Assembly: GCA_977030845.1 (NCBI GenBank) | Contig: OZ365110.1 | Span: forward strand, 35,154,001-35,218,000 | Length of the DNA stretch: 64,000 nt | DNA from: Fimbriosthenelais zetlandica | Taxonomy: Eukaryota | Direction: 5' to 3' | Shown here: positions 62,849-64,000 of the stretch, piece after piece | Layout of the letters: each line of letters starts with the position of its first letter | How positions within the stretch are numbered: the first letter of the stretch is position 1 | Translations under genes and position numbers: made by a program | Notes under the pieces: generated by a model | The model's database searches: none | What the model was told of the DNA's origin: nothing | What the model saw: the letters and a program-made list of their open reading frames with translations, nothing else

Positions 62849-64000
62849 TCCTTCAGCGAAACTAATGCGCCTAAATAATAAAATAGCATGTACATAATAA
62901 CAAGGATACGGATGCATGTAAATACTATAATGAGTTATTAAGCCTATGCATCCCTATTTATAATTAAAACGGTATTAACCATGTAATGAATACAGAGATC
63001 TCGTTGGATTAACACTTACCTAATAAACTTTGGGCACTGGATCTATATACTCACAACCTTACTTTTCATATGAACGCCCAACAAGCTGTTCGTCTTTTTA
63101 AATACCATCGAGAAGGGAACCTTTTCATAACAAAAGACATGAAGGAGAGATATACATGACTTCCCAGTGTGCATCATATAATTTTTGTGAAAAAGCCCCT
63201 CTGTATATTGTCATATTCATTCACCACCTACGCATGGGTCTTACGTCGGTGTTCTGATAAAAAATGTATGATGTCATCTCTTGTCCTCTTGAAGTCTCAG
63301 GCACCTTGATTGAAGGCGAACATGGGTCAGCCGTCTTGTAGGACCAAAAGGGGTTTAAGGAAACAGCTTGGCACACTGCTTGCTGTCCGTGGTTTGACTT
63401 CTTTTGACACTTAAAAACCCAAAGCGGCTGTAGTATTATCCCCTCATTTAATAACCATGGCCATAAGCATTGTTATACTAGGAGGGAGAAAAGTAGATTT
63501 TTTAACATAGGAATTGCCCGTGTAAAGACTAAATGTTCGAAATCCGAGTGGAATCTGCAAAAGAAATTTGTTTCATATTTTATCTTTGCCTCTGTATTTT
63601 TAACCCCTTCTTTTTTATATAGCTAGAAGTGTATTTCGATATGTGGAAATGGATATTAGAATATTCATATATTGGAGCAATTGCCTCTTTAGAGAATGAC
63701 AGATTGTGGTATTCATTTGCTTCATACCAAGAAACACCTGCATGCTGGGTGCTTTTACTATGGGCAATGCTAAGTGGGATCCAGTATAGGAAATGTATGA
63801 AATGATTCTACCTTACAAGTGCAGCAGGGGTGAAGCATCTGCAAGACAATTTGTTTTTCATCCACGTGATGAATTATGTAAAATGTGAGATTGGTACAAT
63901 AGTGGTATTTATAAGATTGATTGCTCATGTGTCAGTCATATCACATGTCTAATTATTATTCAGTGGAAGAATTGTACAAGTCTACATGTATTTCGTTCAA

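Overview
AT-rich eukaryotic (metazoan) genomic DNA with spliced genes, microsatellites and one sized N gap (30016-30174). The six-frame ORF track is mostly noise, so genes were rebuilt by hand from GT-AG junctions and reading-frame phase. Three protein-coding genes are supported, all on the minus strand. (1) A 6-exon calmodulin-superfamily / myosin-light-chain-like EF-hand gene (20105->16044, 147 aa). (2) A 9-coding-exon SAXO (FAM154) axonemal microtubule stabiliser (57613->24485, ~914 aa), with one 27.7-kb intron and a ~440-aa low-complexity MAP6-like tail. (3) A 3-coding-exon AKH/GnRH-superfamily neuropeptide precursor (62848->61402, 129 aa). Its first peptide, QFSYSIPGQWGH, resembles annelid pQFSFSLPGKWGN-amide (recalled from memory), which suggests a lophotrochozoan host. 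It lacks the amidation glycine and is followed by a second related peptide. A possible fourth gene starts near 6936-7269 but could not be completed. Non-coding features include a dispersed family of 44-bp hairpin-unit arrays, an 80-bp Tc1/mariner-type MITE, a 115-bp hairpin with only symmetric mismatches, a 151-bp local templated insertion with a 14-bp target duplication, and several minisatellites. No CRISPR, rRNA, intact tRNA or intact transposase was seen.
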